Shown: positions 13,001-28,000 of the stretch, piece after piece
Layout: each line of letters begins with the position of its first letter
Numbering within the stretch: the first letter of the stretch is position 1
Source: Vicugna vicugna
Taxonomy: Eukaryota
Assembly (NCBI GenBank): GCA_013265495.1
Contig: MU058198.1
Span: 1,624,419-1,688,418, forward strand
Direction of reading: 5' to 3'
Length of the DNA stretch: 64,000 nt
Made by a program: the position numbers and the translations under genes
The notes under the pieces: model-generated
Seen by the model: the letters and a program-made list of their open reading frames with translations, nothing else
What the model was told of the DNA's origin: nothing
Database searches by the model: none

Positions 13001-16000
13001 TTGATTACGAGGGACCTGGGAAAGTGCAATGGGGTACGTTGTAGGGTCAGTTCTTCTTGTGTGGTTTAAACTGACTTCCTAAAAAATCCACCATCATTTC
13101 ATGGCCTCTACAAAAACAGCATCTATCCCCAGCCGCTGAGCCTACAGGGCTTCACATTTCTGGGACTACTGGTTTATGTCTTTCTCCCTGAATTTTATGG
13201 ATAAGAAAAAGATCATCGTCAGCAAGCTCATTAACTCCTTCCTTTGTTTTTGCTTTTGTTTGTTTTTATGCTCCCATCCAGGGATTTTGCATAGTTGCAA
13301 TCAAGGTGCTGCTCAGAAAGTATTTGTAATCACTCTTTTTGATGGCTATCTGAATGGCTAACATTGCCGTGCTGCCCCAAAATTTTGTTAGCCATGCCCT
13401 GCCCCCAACTTTTTTTTTTTAAACTACAGATCTGGAGACTATGGCCTGAGGGCCAAATATGGCGATGTCTGTTTTTGCAAGTGAAGCTGTACTGTAACAG
13501 CCCCGCCCACTGTTGAACCTTTAGTCTATGGCTGCTTTTGCATTACAAAGGCAAAGATAGATAGGCGTGACCGGTGTGTGCAGCCTGCGGAGCTGAAAAC
13601 ATTCACTATCTGACCCTTTACAGAAAAAGTTTGCTGTCTCTTGCTGTAGATGCAAGTGCACAAAACAAGTTCATACAGGCGGCCGTTTTTCTTTAACTTA
13701 ATTTTCGATTTGTAATACATCACAGGACAAAGGACTGGCCTTCCATTTACTGTGCAAATGCTACTGAGAGGGACAGCAGTGTGTTAACTGAATATTCTTT
13801 TGTTTGACGGAAAAAGTCCTGGGAATGCGGGTGCCGGGGTGGGGCCTCAACATGAGCAAAACCTAAAGTAGAGGAGACTAAAGACCTAGTCTGCCAACAG
13901 TAACCTCACTATGAGCTGGCTGCACAGTAAGTGTGACACCTTGGTTTCTCATACCTGGCCCCCTAAAGCCTTAGGAGCTTAATGAGTGTGCCCTTTGGGC
14001 CATGGATAATGTTAATAAAAAGCCTCGAGGGGAAGGATGCTTAACTGAAGGGGCTCCAAGTAGACCACTTGCCATCAATACTTTTTGCAGAAAGGACTGG
14101 TGCACAGAAATCAGAGGATTCTGGCTCACAGGCTATGCGAGTGCCAGCTGCCTCTAACTGCAAACGTTTCACATTCAGAAATATATACGTTGCCTCAGGA
14201 TTTGTAGGGAAAGGAAGAAGAGGCACAGAGTGGGTCAGGTGTTACTCAGCAGGAGAGGGGTGGGCTTTTAGTAGAAGACAAAGGAGCTATCACTTAACCT
14301 TCTCACAAAAGTTCTTGGTGTGGCAACACCCTGGCATGTGGACCCCAACTTTCATTTACCTGGACGTATGCTTCAATCCCAAGTCTAATAACTTCCCGCG
14401 TACTAGCAAGCATCATCTCTTCCACCTGCTGGAGCCACTTTTCCACCATGCCCTGCGGGTTGAAACAGACAGAGTCAGCAACAGTTCGCCAAGCCTGGAG
14501 GGAGGGGTTATGGGCAGAACCCAGCTCTTCTCTCTAGACAGGGCTGGAAGGCGGTCAAAGCTTGTGCTCCTTCAAGCCAATATTCTTGATTTGTTTTACA
14601 CTTATTTACTGTATTCTAGGAAGTGTATGTCTCAAAAAAGGGGCAATAGGGAATTTTACCATTCATTTCTTTCACATCATTTTCTGAAAGACAGCTTCTC
14701 AGAAGACAAATGACACATGTATGTTTCAGTTCATAAAATGAAGTGCTCGTTTCTAATTGGACAGTTTTAAGTCTTGCATTATTCCATTGGTTCCCAGACT
14801 TTGCTGTGCATTGGAATCATCTGGAGCTCTTCAAAAATGATGGATGTCTGACTCCCACTCCCAGAGATTCTAATTTAATTGGTATGGGATGCAACCAGGG
14901 CATTTAGTTTCAGTTGTGTGTGTGTGTGTGTGTGTGTGTGTTTTTTTTTTAAACTCTATAGGTAATTTGAACGTGCACCATATTATTCAGCGTTAGAATT
15001 TCAGGTAATTGTACCTGCTGACTTCAGTGCTTGTGAGCTAGCTGGTATCTAGCTTCAAGATGTGATTCCTGGTTGTTGCAACTCAAATGTGCGAGTGGCA
15101 AAAATGGCCAACAAAGCAAGGCCAAGAGTGCTTGTCTATTTCTACTGTAGGGTGCCATCATGTTCAGCAGAAGTAGAAGTAATTCACATTTTACTCATTC
15201 TATGAGGGCACATGTATGAAAAATTTGAGTTAAATGGCATTAATTCCATGATATATTATTGACCTTTAAGAACACCTGCCCCTACTGGGCAGTTTATCAG
15301 GTGTCCATCTGACCGGATCACTTGAAATTGGGCTCTGCTTCTGGGCATCTGAACAGAATTAGCTGTTTGGATCTGATTCCTGCTACTGCCTCCGCATGAA
15401 GTTTGGTTGAAATCCTTCCACGGATTTAGTGTGTCACATGGATCTGCAGTATAACCTCCATCTTAGAGATAAGCAAACAGACCTGGAAAGATTAATTCCT
15501 CAAAGTCACCCCATCATCATGTAGTGGGACCTAGGTGTTCCACACCCAGGCAGTCTGGAACCAGAGTCCAAATGCTTAACCAACATGCTATCTGTCCCTC
15601 TCTGTTGTGCTCTGTTACAAAGAAAAGAACCAAAAAATGGGTAAGTGGAGTTACTTTGGCGTGAGCTGGGTAGATTTTCTGTTTGAATGGAACGACTTCT
15701 TTTTCTGAGCTGATCATGCCCACAATCTCCAGGCTGTCTGTAAACTCCAGCTTGGCAATTCCTTCAAAGCACTTCTTCAAGTGTGGCTGCACTCGGAGGG
15801 GGTCCTTTGTCTCTGACAAGATCTCCAGCAGTTCGTCATTTGACAGGAAGAAGAACCTGTATCAAAGCACAGGAAGATGGCTCCTGGAATCTCTTCCGAG
15901 AGCTTCCTTGTCAAACAAGGTGATATTTCCCAACATTCAGATGACATTCTGGTAAACACCAGCTACGGTCCAGAGTCTTATCTAAGGCCCACTCCCTCTC

Positions 16001-19000
16001 ACCATTTTTCATTTAGGGCATAGAGGGTGAATATGGTTTTGACACTGAGATCAAGAGAAAAGATGAAAGCACATGTGGGTTTAATACGGTTGAGGGAGAG
16101 GGGTTGCCACCAGCTGAAAGAAACCTGGATAGAGCAGTGGTTCTTAACCTTGGCTGCACTTCAGTATCATCTATGGAACTTATTTACAAAATTCCAATGC
16201 CAAAGTTCCACTGCTCAGAGATTCTAATATAACTGCTCTGGGACTGGGTCTTTAAAAATCCCAGGTGATTTTTATGTGATTCTAATATGCAGTCATTGTT
16301 GAGAACCACTGAATAGGAGAAGACGACTTCATCTTTCCTTATCTCCAAGTATGACAGAAAATGTTACAGGTGTGTAGTAAGACATGCACCTTAATAATGA
16401 GCCTAATTACACGCTCATTATTCACATTGTATATAAGAGACAATAAGACAGCTTCATTCCCTTGCTTAGGCCCTAAAGGCAACAGCAACAAACCTTCAGA
16501 AAATATTCAAGGGGCAACCCTCTACTGTAACCACTAGGTTGTAAGTTGGAGGGATCATATGATGATGGTTTTCAGTGTCTACGGCAGATTATAAAAAGGC
16601 TACAATATTAGCAGCGTCTCTCTTCAAGAGGTGGAGTCTGTTTTCACAGCCCTTGAACCTGGCTTGGTTCTCTGTCCTACTTTGACCAGTAGACTGTGGC
16701 AAATGAATCTGGGCTTAACATCAAGAAGCGTCGATGCTTGCACTCTTGGCTGCCCTTGGGAACCCTGCAACCACACCATGGGAGTAAACCCAGGGTAGCC
16801 TCCTGGAGGATGAAAGACATGTGGCACAGGTTTCCCTGGCCTACAGGAAGCTAACCACCAGGTAGGTGACTGAGGTCCCTGATTGCCAACTGGCTGTAGT
16901 CACACAAGTGAGCCTTGGTGAGACCAGAACTATCCAGTGGAGCTCAGCCCAATTTTCCAACTCACAGAATTGTGAGTTAAGTAAATAGTTGCTGTTTTAA
17001 GCTTCTAAGTTCTGCTGTAGTTTGCTACACAACAAAGCAAATTAACATGCTGTAACTACAGTGCTGAGTGGGTAGGAAGAGCTCAGGTTATTTGTTGGCT
17101 GGGTGACTGACCAATATCCAATGAGGACATCAATTTCTCCCACTCCCAAGTGAAATTCAAACAGATGATCTCTATGGATTCATCATGTATGATAATGAAT
17201 AAGGCTCAATGGCAATAAGAGTACTAATTAATAAAACCGTATAATTACACTAAAAATCATTATTTAGCACTCTGCATTTTCAAGATAAAATTAATTAAAA
17301 ATATGTGACTATCAATAACATTTTCAAAGTGTTTGCTGAGAGTGCCTTATTTTATTCCATAAAAACACATAAATAGTGAGATGTTGTGCGTGTGTGTGTG
17401 TTTAATTAACTTAGGAAGAAAATGAGTCTCAGAGATGTTAAATAATTGAGTGTCTTATCCAGACTACATGGATTTGAATTCTAGTTTGTCCATCTACCAG
17501 TCTTGTGCTTTTTGGCAAGTTACTGTTTCCTCATTTGTAAAATGGGAATAAAAATGCTAGCAACCTCACAGGATTATTGTAAGGGTTAAACAATCCATAT
17601 AAGCACTTATGGTGACGTCCTGGCATGTGGTAAATGCTGTATTAGTGGTGGCTATTATTCATATTTTTATTAGGAATAACAGTGGTGGGTATAGGACTTG
17701 AAGCCCAAATCTCCGAGGTTTCCTCTTCCCAAGTTTTGTGCTTCTACATAGAGTTTCCTTCCACTATTTGTGCTGTATTTGTGTTGTCCAACACTGACGC
17801 CATTAGCCAAATATGGCGATTTATAGTTAAAAATTTAATATTAAATAAATTAAAATTTTGCTTTCTAAGTCACACTAGCCACATTTCAAGTGCTGGATAG
17901 CCACATGTGGCTAATGGCTACTGGGTTGGACAGCACAAATACAGAACATTCTTATCACTGAAGAAAGTTCTGTTGGACAATGCTGCACTAAATAAATACC
18001 AAGGATACTCTTGAATCCCATTTTTCTTTCTCTCTTTTTCTCTTCTCTCTCTCTTTTTTTTCTTTTTGTGGAGAGCAGGGGACTTTGTCTCCATTTAAGA
18101 GAATACTTAAACGTATTTTTCTTAAAGGCAAATTGGGATCAAAACTACATCCTAATTAGAGTTAAATGACATTGAGTGATCATCCATGGTCAACCAGATA
18201 TGGACAGATTATCAGGAGTGAAGACCCTCCTTTCTGGAACCAGTCCTCCAAAACTAATTTGACTTTTACATAGAAAAATATTGGTTCTTGTGGGAAAAAG
18301 TGTCAAATATTTATAAACATACCTACCAGAAACTACAAAATTTGATGGCAAAAAATTTAGCTGACATTTCTTAAACACATAGTGTAGATGCTAAATGCTT
18401 AACATGCATAATCTCATTTCATCTGCACACCAAATATACAAGGTAGGGGCTCTAATTACACCTCTATTTTACAGTGGAGAGAGAACCTGAGACTTGGATA
18501 GATTTACTGAAGTCTCAGGATTAGTAAGTGGCAGAGCTAGGACTCAAACTGAGGTCTGTTTAACTCCAAAGTCCAGGCCATGGCTACTATACTCCTCTAA
18601 CTGGGTATTTGACCATGCTGGCTCCACTGATGTCCATTCAACCTCACTCTAAATAATGACCATGAAGACATGCCTTATCCCTGAGAGCTGTCTCTTAGGG
18701 AATGGAAAACCTAGAAAGAATACAGAATAGATGGGTAGAAGCCAACCCTCAGTATGAAAAATGTAAGTCTACCTATATATGGGTCAAGAGAGCAACTTCA
18801 AATAAGAGAACAATGCTGAATACCTGGGGAAAAATAGTCTCTTCTTCTCCAAGTAATTATTCAGCCCCTTCTGGATGTCCTCCAACAGAAGGTTGGCTTC
18901 TTGAAGCCTCTCAGCCATCCGTGGTTGGTCTGCTGCCATCAGAACCCTGGTATCTTTCACCTAGGTTCCGTTAGAAAAGGTGAGAATCGACATGGGGTTT

Positions 19001-22000
19001 CTCAATTCTAAGACTGTAATGAATGTGACCAGCCCATCAATTAATGACCCTCCTGCCCTGCTAATTGCCTCCGGACCCCACTCCTAATCTCACAGCGGTG
19101 ACTGCTCATACAACATGACCCTCTTCCTCTGGCCATAGCTGACTGGTTGGGGTTGGACACCTGAAAACAAACAAGCCAATTATATTTCAACTTCTGACAT
19201 TTTGGAATTCAGACCATAACATTCTATACTAGTCTGAATTGGCCCCATGAGCTGTGTAAGGATCATGTCCCATCATGTGATCCAGTGGCAGAGCAAGCTG
19301 GTCTAAAGAGAGGGTTGAAGCAGGCATGGAAAGAACACTATGTGAATTCCTGAAAGACTTCTGCATTCTAGGTCCATCCTTTGTGAGGCCTGGCTGTGCT
19401 TTCTGCCCTCAGGTTCCATGAGACACCCATGTGATCTTTTTGTTTGAGCTACCTTAACAGGGTTTCTGCTAGTTTCAACCAAAGTATCTTAACCAAATTG
19501 GAGCTGGAGGAAGTAAGATATCATGAAAACTGGTTCCACTGACTGGGCAATATAAATTCCCACAGAGCAGGTAAGTTCCCTCAAGACATACTCTTTTTAC
19601 GGCAGCCCCAATTTGAGCATACCTGACTTCAGAAAGGAAAAAGATACCATCTCTTAATGGATGCTCCTGGTTGCCTTGTAAACCTAGTGAACTCATCCTT
19701 CAGAGCTTGTTTCCAAAGTCAGCCACCTCCTTTGGATGTCTTCCTTGACACCTCCATGAAACTAAGTCACCCTTCTACAGTCTAAAAACTGTTTGCATAT
19801 AATTCTACTATGACTCATTTATCTAAGCCTGTTTCCTCACAAGACAGGGAATTCTGTGAAGGCAGAAATTATATTCTGGTCATTTTCAAGTATTTTCTGA
19901 CTCCCAGTACAATTTCTGGGTTACCTTAGGTACTGAATAAACATTTGGTTTATTATAACTAAGTAACTAAATATAGAGAATTATTTGAATTCTAAAATGA
20001 TTCTCAATCTATAAACGCTTTATTGCATTATCTTGTAATAAAGCCTTCTACCACATTAGGAATGAGAGCTAAATTATCCAAACTGCTAATAGTTATCTCT
20101 ACAGAGTTGGGATTTCAAAAAGCCTCTACTTTTTATATCCCATATTTCCATGTTTAAACTTTTAATACCAATAACTTTTGAAATTATAAAAAAATTATAA
20201 AGGTATTTGCAAAATTTGCAAAAATCTAGTTTACTTAAAAGTTTCAAGGGACGTGGCTACAATGCACAATGAGGAACATCTATATGGCATCCCACATTTC
20301 TGATGATGAGATGTGCTAGGGAGTAAAAACTCACAGCTTGGGACATGAGTGATTTCCAGTAACTGTCAACGATGGCAAATTTCCTGCCCTCTTCTGGCAT
20401 CTGGGCTATGATGTCCTCAGAACTGAAGATGGGTTCCAGGTACAGCCAGGTGGCTTGGCATTTCAACCAGGCATCCAAAATTTCCTGCACACGAACTAGC
20501 TTTTCTTCCCACTTCTGTAAATTTAGCAGTTCATAACTGAATCATTAACAGGCCACTCTGCATTACAGGCCCACTGGCTAAACAAATGGATGGATTCCTT
20601 AATTTATTCACAGTATTTACTTGTTCAACAAATAGTTATTGAGTGCTCCCTATGTCTTGGTCACTCCTCTAGGCAACGTAAACAGAGCAATGAAAGAACC
20701 AAACAGCAGTCCTTGACCTCATGGAGTTCTTTTCCTCGTGGAATAATAATCAAAACACAACAACAATAATGGTTACAATGATTACTCTGTGACAAGTGAT
20801 GGTCTGACTGCTTTATGTATGTGAAACCCATTCAACCCAACAGACTTATAAGGGAGATATTATTACAAATATCACTTTACTGATGCAGAAACTGATACGC
20901 AACCATTCAAGGTTACACAGCCAACAAGGGGCAGGAGTCAGAATATGAACCCAAGCAGTCTGGCTCGAGTCTGTACCCTCGGCCTTCCCAACTTCTACAG
21001 ACAAGCAAAGGAGGCCAAACCTCGTGCAGTTCACGTTCTAGATTCCTATAGCCCATACGATACTTCCTAAATGTATTTCTGTTTGGTGCATTCACATCAT
21101 CTCATCTTCTCTTTAGGCAGACTGTGGCAAAGGCTCAGTCTGGTAGACTGTAACAAAGGCTTACTTGGATGGTTACTGCTTTCAGTCTTTTGTTGTTGGG
21201 TTTTTTTCCCTAATCAAGAGAAAGTAGGTTTCTTTCTTAACTGAATTAAAACCCTTTTTCCCTCCTCCAAGAAACCCAGAGCTAATGGGACATCACAAAA
21301 CATTCAACCTCATTGCCTCTTACCCGGCATTCTGCTTCTATTGGTTTGATGAATGGAGAGCCACACATGGTCTGGGTCTTTATCACGTGATCATCAAGTA
21401 GCAATTGAATGTCATCAACTGCACACAAGATGCTTGTATCCTGCAAATTAAAATGACCCACTCTGTTCAAAGTCGGAAGACCTCTCTTCTTCTCATGCTG
21501 ATCCCCAAAGGCTTCGCAATTAAGATCTCCACCCTCGTGGCACAGGAGTCTATGTCTTGTTGGGGGTGGAATTCCTATTTTCTTCCTTGAAAATATTCTG
21601 AAAGACACTGATTTTTCTACCTCCTTTGCAGAAATCAAATATGATCCATGCCTAGACCTGGAACTGTCGTGGGTAGGAAGAGTTCTGTCCCTTTCCCTAT
21701 GGGTTGTTTCTCTGTTCACTTGCTTTCCTGGTTCTCTCTCAGGTAGAATTAATTGCTAATCTGATTAGGGCTAGACCTTTGGTTCCCAAACTGTGAGCCA
21801 CAGGGCACTGCAGCAAACTCACAGCAAATAATTGTGATTGTTTTAAAACAAAATACAAATGTTGTTCTTTCAATTGACATTCTTCCCCCCTGACAGTTGT
21901 TAAGTTGATGGGACACAAATACTTAAGTTGTTTGAACCTAATTACTTCATAAACAAAGCTGTTAAGTATTTCTTTTGGACTAGGGAACGGAAGCATGAAA

Positions 22001-25000
22001 AAAGTACTCAGATACCAACAGCACACGATGAACCAAGAGAGTTTGGGAACCTCTGACTGCACAGTTATTGGGCCACATTCTACTAGTAGTTAAGGTTACT
22101 GTGCCTTAAAGGTCAGCCCCTGTAGATGGACTTTTCTTCCTGGGCCATGTGGCAAACAAGCTGGTAAGGGTCTGTCCCTCTGTGGCAGGTCTGGTCTTTC
22201 TCACTCTTCCCACTTCCTCAAGCCTAAATCTGGGTGGTTAATGTAGGGCTAGGATATATTCTCTCATTCTTTTACCAGCAGCTCTGCACTGGGAGGTACA
22301 CCCAGCTATTAATAAAGTGGTACCTTGACTCCCATTTTGCTGTTGATCCTTATCTATAGCTACTTCAGTCAAAAACTCTGAAGACTGGCCAGATGTAACT
22401 GAGCTGTCACCAGATCCCCCAATTTAACTCCTCATCTCAGCCCAACAGCCTCTGGCAGTATCTAATCCAATCAGGACATGTAACACCAAGTTGCTGGTCT
22501 TGCTGGGAGAGGTTCCCAGTTCTCCTCCCTCCCCTTGGCTCATCTACAGTTCTTAGCCAAGTGAAATCAAGGCATGACACAAAGGGGAAAAGAAGTCACA
22601 AAAGGATAACATGCAGCCTGAGAGACTGGAGGTATGGGAGCCTTTAGGGTTTTAGTTCTCAATCCACACCGCACTTTAGAAAACCCAGGGATGCCTCAAA
22701 AATATTGATGCTTACGCAGCAGTGACATTGTGATTTAAAATAAGAAATACGTATTTGGTCTTTGTCCCTGTTGCTGGCACGGTTTCTGAAACCCTTGGAA
22801 TTTCCTATGGGATGAGGGTGGTAAAGACGTCTTTTGTTTTATTAATGAGGTGGCTTTGGGACCAAACCTAAGGTTTTGGGGCACATGGCCAGGAGAGCCA
22901 ACTCTGCGATTAGAGGGTTGGAAATTTTAGTAGACAGTGTCAGAATTGAGTCCAACTATAGGACACCCAGCTTTTTTCAGAGATTTGCTTGGTGGTATGG
23001 GAACCCCACCCAGACACCTACCCACTCCTATAACCAAACAAGACCCTATGGGGCCTTCCCAGGAAAGAGCCACAAACCGCCCTCCACCCCATGCCCTCCA
23101 TCGGCCCTTTGTCTGTAGAAAAACTTTAGCCAAAGCATATATTTCATTAGAGAAATGAAAAAATGCAGAAGCAAAGAAAAGCAGCCAAACAGGACAAAGT
23201 AACAACAATTCAGTCATAAAACAAAGTCAAAGACTTAGTTCCTCCTCAAGGGCTATAGATAATATTCTGAGCCATTTCCTTTGAGCTGTTTTGCAGATAC
23301 GGAAACCCCTACCAGGTGGAAGGAGTTAACTACATGATGACCAGACTGTGGCCACAATATACGCTGCTCCATCTTACACAATTCCAAGAACTGGCTCAAG
23401 GAAATGGGAATAAACCGACCCCAGAACTGAAAATTAACTGCACTTAAAACAATCATGATGACATTAATCAGACCACCACATGACAATTTCAGGATGATTG
23501 TTGGAGATAACTGTGCCCTTTCCCTCCACATTCACAGCCCTGAAACTTCCCTATAAAATCTCCTGCCCCCTGTTAACAGTGAGGGGAGTTGGCTTTTGGA
23601 CATAAGTCCATCTTCTCCTCAGGTTGCTGGCTTCCTGAATAAAGCAACTTTTCCTTTACAACCAATACTTATCTCTTGAGTACTGGCTTTTGAGAGGTGA
23701 ACAGCTGAACCTGAGTTCGATGATACCCTCAACACCCATGCACTGGGACTGAGTGACCAGGACTATACCAGGACTGAGAAGTACTGCTCTAAAGAGCTGA
23801 TGGTCTGCGGTATGTAAGTTTCAGCTTGCTGCCTCCATGATTTATGGCTCACCCCAGCAGTAACCCCTCCTACCAATGGCCCATCCCAAAAGAAAGTCAG
23901 ATCGTGGAGATGGTGAGCAGACCCTTCAGGTTTATGCACCTCCATGCATACTTTACGAACTTAACATGTTTTCTACAAGTGCCAGTGAAAAGACAGAAGT
24001 CAATACTCTTGCTATTCAAAATGTGGTCCAGAGATCACAGCTTCAACATTACTTGGGAGCTTGTTGGAACTGCAGAACCTCAGGCCCCAGCCCAGACCTG
24101 CTGAATCAGAACCTGCATTTCAGAAAGATCCTCAGGTGATTCCTGCACTTAATATAACATCTTGAGAAGTGATAAGCGTTGTCTACCTCAGGTGTACTTT
24201 TGAAGGGCCTGGGGTGCCCTCCCGAGGGGATGCTAATTCAGGGGGCTTGTCCGCTCCTTTTTAATGAGAAAGCTTGTTGTTCTGAATCAAAAGACCTCTC
24301 TCATTTCAAAATACCTCACCTCATGGTGCCTGGGAGGGCGGCTGACTGGCACAGGAAGGCAGATGGGAGGAAATAATCTAATGCAACAGCATAGTGATTA
24401 TAGACAACAATACTGTGTTAAAAACTTCAAAGTTGCTAAGAGACTAGACCTTAATTATCCCACCACAAAAAAGGAAGGATAATTACGTAAGGTGATAAAA
24501 TTGTTAGCTAGGGTGGCAATCATAACTACAATATGTAAGTGTATTAAAGCAACTCATTGTACACCTTGAATTCATGCAATGTTATATGTCAATTACACCT
24601 CAATATAAATTTTTTAAAAGACGTTAGGGATCCTTCTTCCTTGGGTTCTGTTGCAGTTCTGGATGAATCCCCTCTGTAATTTACTACATAATAAACAGGC
24701 TGCTCTCAGGGGGCTGGACAGTTGGACTGAGACTCACAGTGTCCCTGTACTTCACGAAGCTGAGTGTCATGTTAATCCAGTCTAACTTCATTTTCTCCAA
24801 GTTCTTCTCCAGAGAGTATTCCTTACTGGCAGTTGCACCAATGGGCTCCAGTCTAAAGAGGGAAGACAGAGACAGTAACGTCAACGGGAGGACACAGCGA
24901 AAACACATCACAGGAAGAATTTCAGCTCAGCCATGAGATCTGAAATTTTAAAAGCCTTTAATTTTACTAAAATGCTTACCATCCTACTCGAATACTTGCC

Positions 25001-28000
25001 AGTTATCTCCAGTGTTTTGCAGGATTTCTTTACCCTTGGCACTAGAGACTTTTTTGGACTGTTTCATGGGCTGAATTGTATCCTTCCAAAAATCATGTGT
25101 TGCAGGAGAGGATACAGCTCAGTGGTAGAGTGCGTGCTTAGCATGCAAGTGGTTCTGGGTTCAATTCCCAGTACCTCCATTAAAAACAAACAAACCTAAT
25201 TACCTTCCCCCAAAACAAAACAAAACAAATCCCCCAAATCATGTGTTGAAATCCTAACCTTACTACCTCAGAATGTGAGGTATGCTATTTGGAGTAGGGT
25301 CTTTAAAGAGGTAGTTAAGTTAAAATGAGGGCATTAGGGTAGGTCCTAATCCAATATGACCGGTGTCCTTATAAGAAGAGGAGATTAAGACACAGACACA
25401 CACAGAGGGAAGACTGCATGAGGACACAGGGAGAAGGTGCCCATCTGCAAGCCAAGGAGAGAGGCCTGAGAAAAAAATCAGTCTTGCCAACACTTTGATC
25501 TTGGACTTCAAGCCTCAGAGTTGTGAGAAAGTAAATTTCTGTTGTTTAAACCACCTAGTCTATGGTATTTGTTATAGAAGCCCTAGAAAACTAACAGAGG
25601 GTGGATAACTCTTTGTTGTAGTGGGGTGGGGGGCTGTCCTGTGCACTGTGGGATGTTTAGCAGCACCCCTGGCCAGTAGCTGACACCACCCTTTGCCAGC
25701 TGTGGCAACCAAAAATGTCTCCAGATGCTGCCAGTGTCCCCTGGGGGTGGACATCCCCAGTTGAGAACTACTGTTTTAAGGCCATTAAAACAAGACCTTC
25801 TTTTTCCACTTCATGTACTCCTTTTTACTCCTATTTATTTCAGAATTATTATTCTGACTTCTTATTCAGATCTTAGAACTTCTGTTAATTTATATGATGG
25901 TTTTTGTTCCACTCCTTGTCCCTATCTTTTCAAAAAACACCTGCCATTTTCCCCATGCACTGGGTCCATGGGGAAAGGGGGAGGGAGTGAGAGAAGGGGA
26001 AGAAAAAGCCCTTTCTTTTTGCTTCCACAGGAGAGCTAGGTCCCAAACCCAGGTGTGGGCAAGGAATGGAGAAGCAACGTTCTTGGGGAGAAAAGGAGGG
26101 ATTATTCTTTCTGCCCCAGCACTGTCTTCCATCGCATCCTCAATCATCTGGTCTTGACTTGCAGGTCAGGAAACTGAAGCCCAGAGGAAGCAAGTGACAT
26201 GTACAAAGTCACACGCGCAGCCGAGCAGTGCCAGGACCAGGTCTAGATACCAGTTCCTCTGACTCCTCGCCTGGTGTTTCTTCCTCCCCCACCACGTGCC
26301 TTCTCCCCTCTCTTTGTCGGGGGTGGGGGGCAATAGAATTGCTCACACGTGGTCAGCCAAATAGGGCAACTGAACCGAGCTGAAAATCAGGACCTCAGCA
26401 GCACGGTCATCATCCTGTATGTGGCCTTCTTGGGAGACAACCAAAATGAGTGTGCGTATAGAGAGAATGATAAAGGCAGGTGCCAATCCAGATGAGTGTG
26501 AGGCAAGCAGGCTGGCTGTGTGGCCATGACCAAGTCACATGACAGGCATTGGGTCCTCATCTGCTCCTATCAGGGGTTGTTAGTACAATCAAATCAGACA
26601 AAATGCCTGTAGCATGCCTTATGACTTATAATTATGCAAATAATTGCAAGGGAAGGAATTAATGAGGTTGGAAGTCCTCGAAATATATCAGGAGTTGACC
26701 TCACCGAAATGTGCTAAAGATGCTTACTAACTGGGCTGTGATAAAAACGGCCTAAACTGTGGGATGGTGGGATGCAAGGAACATCACACCTCACTAATAT
26801 GTAGTAGCTGAGAACTTAGACATTAAATCAGTTCAGGTTACATGCCTTATTTCACAATCCTCACAGTCAGTCTAATCACCTAGCTACTATTATTATTCCC
26901 ATTTTACAGATAAGGAGACTGAAGCACACAGAGGTGAACAACTTGGCCAAGGCATCACCACTTCTGGATTTGTCACAGCTGAGCACGTTGGCATGAAGTA
27001 TGGCAGCGCCGCTGTGTGTTTGCTCAGTCTCTGTCTCCTTAGGTGGATTTATCTTTTTACGCAGTAAAGGGTGATTAATGGTTGAGGCTCTGAAGTCAGG
27101 TAGCCTGGGCTCAGGTACTGGTTCTTTTACTGATAGCAGTAGTACTGCTATCAGTTCTTACTACAACTATCTGGACAGTTACTTAATCTCTCAAATCAAC
27201 TGATTTACTCAGCTGTAAAATGTCCATAAAATTAGCTAGAATATTAGGTGTTTGTGATGGATAAGTTGGTGCTTATATCTAAAAATGCTCAGTGCAGCGT
27301 AAGTGTTCCACAGTTGGTATTTTTTGGGAAGCATGAGGTCCTGGGGGAAAATGAGGCCCTTTAATAAAAGAACATAAACCTGGTAAAAATGCACGTCTCT
27401 AGGCCTGCTTCTTAAAGAGGGATAGTAACAGTGGCATTGGTGGGCATCAGAGCATTCAAGTGGACCACTTGTTCTGCCACAGTATGAAGAAGGGCCTTCA
27501 AAGCCCAGCAAGCACCATCATCGCCTAGGGCAGCACTGACCATCTGAAATATAACATGAGCCGCATGTCACTTTAAAGTCTCTGGCAGCCCCATTTAACA
27601 AACGTAAAAAGAAGCAGGTGAAATGAATTCTAATAATTTACTTTAACTCAATGAATCCAAAATATGATCATTTCAAAATGTAGTCAACATTTAAGATAAT
27701 TAGATATTTTGCTCTCATTTCCTTAATAAGTCTTTGAAATCCAGCCTATATTTTTACACATCCAGCCCATCGAATCCAGAATAGCTACATTTCAAGGGCT
27801 GAGTAGCCACATGGGTGTAGCGGCTTCTGCACTGGACAGTGCTGACCTGGAGGATTTGTTAAAACACAGACTGCAGGGTCCATCCCCAGAATTTCTGATT
27901 CAGCAGATGGGGTGGGGCCTGAGAGCGTGCATTTCTAACAAGTTCCCAAGTGATGCTGATGCAGCTGGTCTGAGGTCACAAGTCTGAGAACCAGCTGTGT

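Noticed and set aside
14069..14713. 214-aa plus-strand ORF
   Set aside because: Antisense across exon W22 and intron, non-ATG start, no recognisable protein features.
25103..25180. tRNA-like sequence with A and B boxes
   Set aside because: Head of a SINE with an A-rich tail and TSD; no complete cloverleaf.
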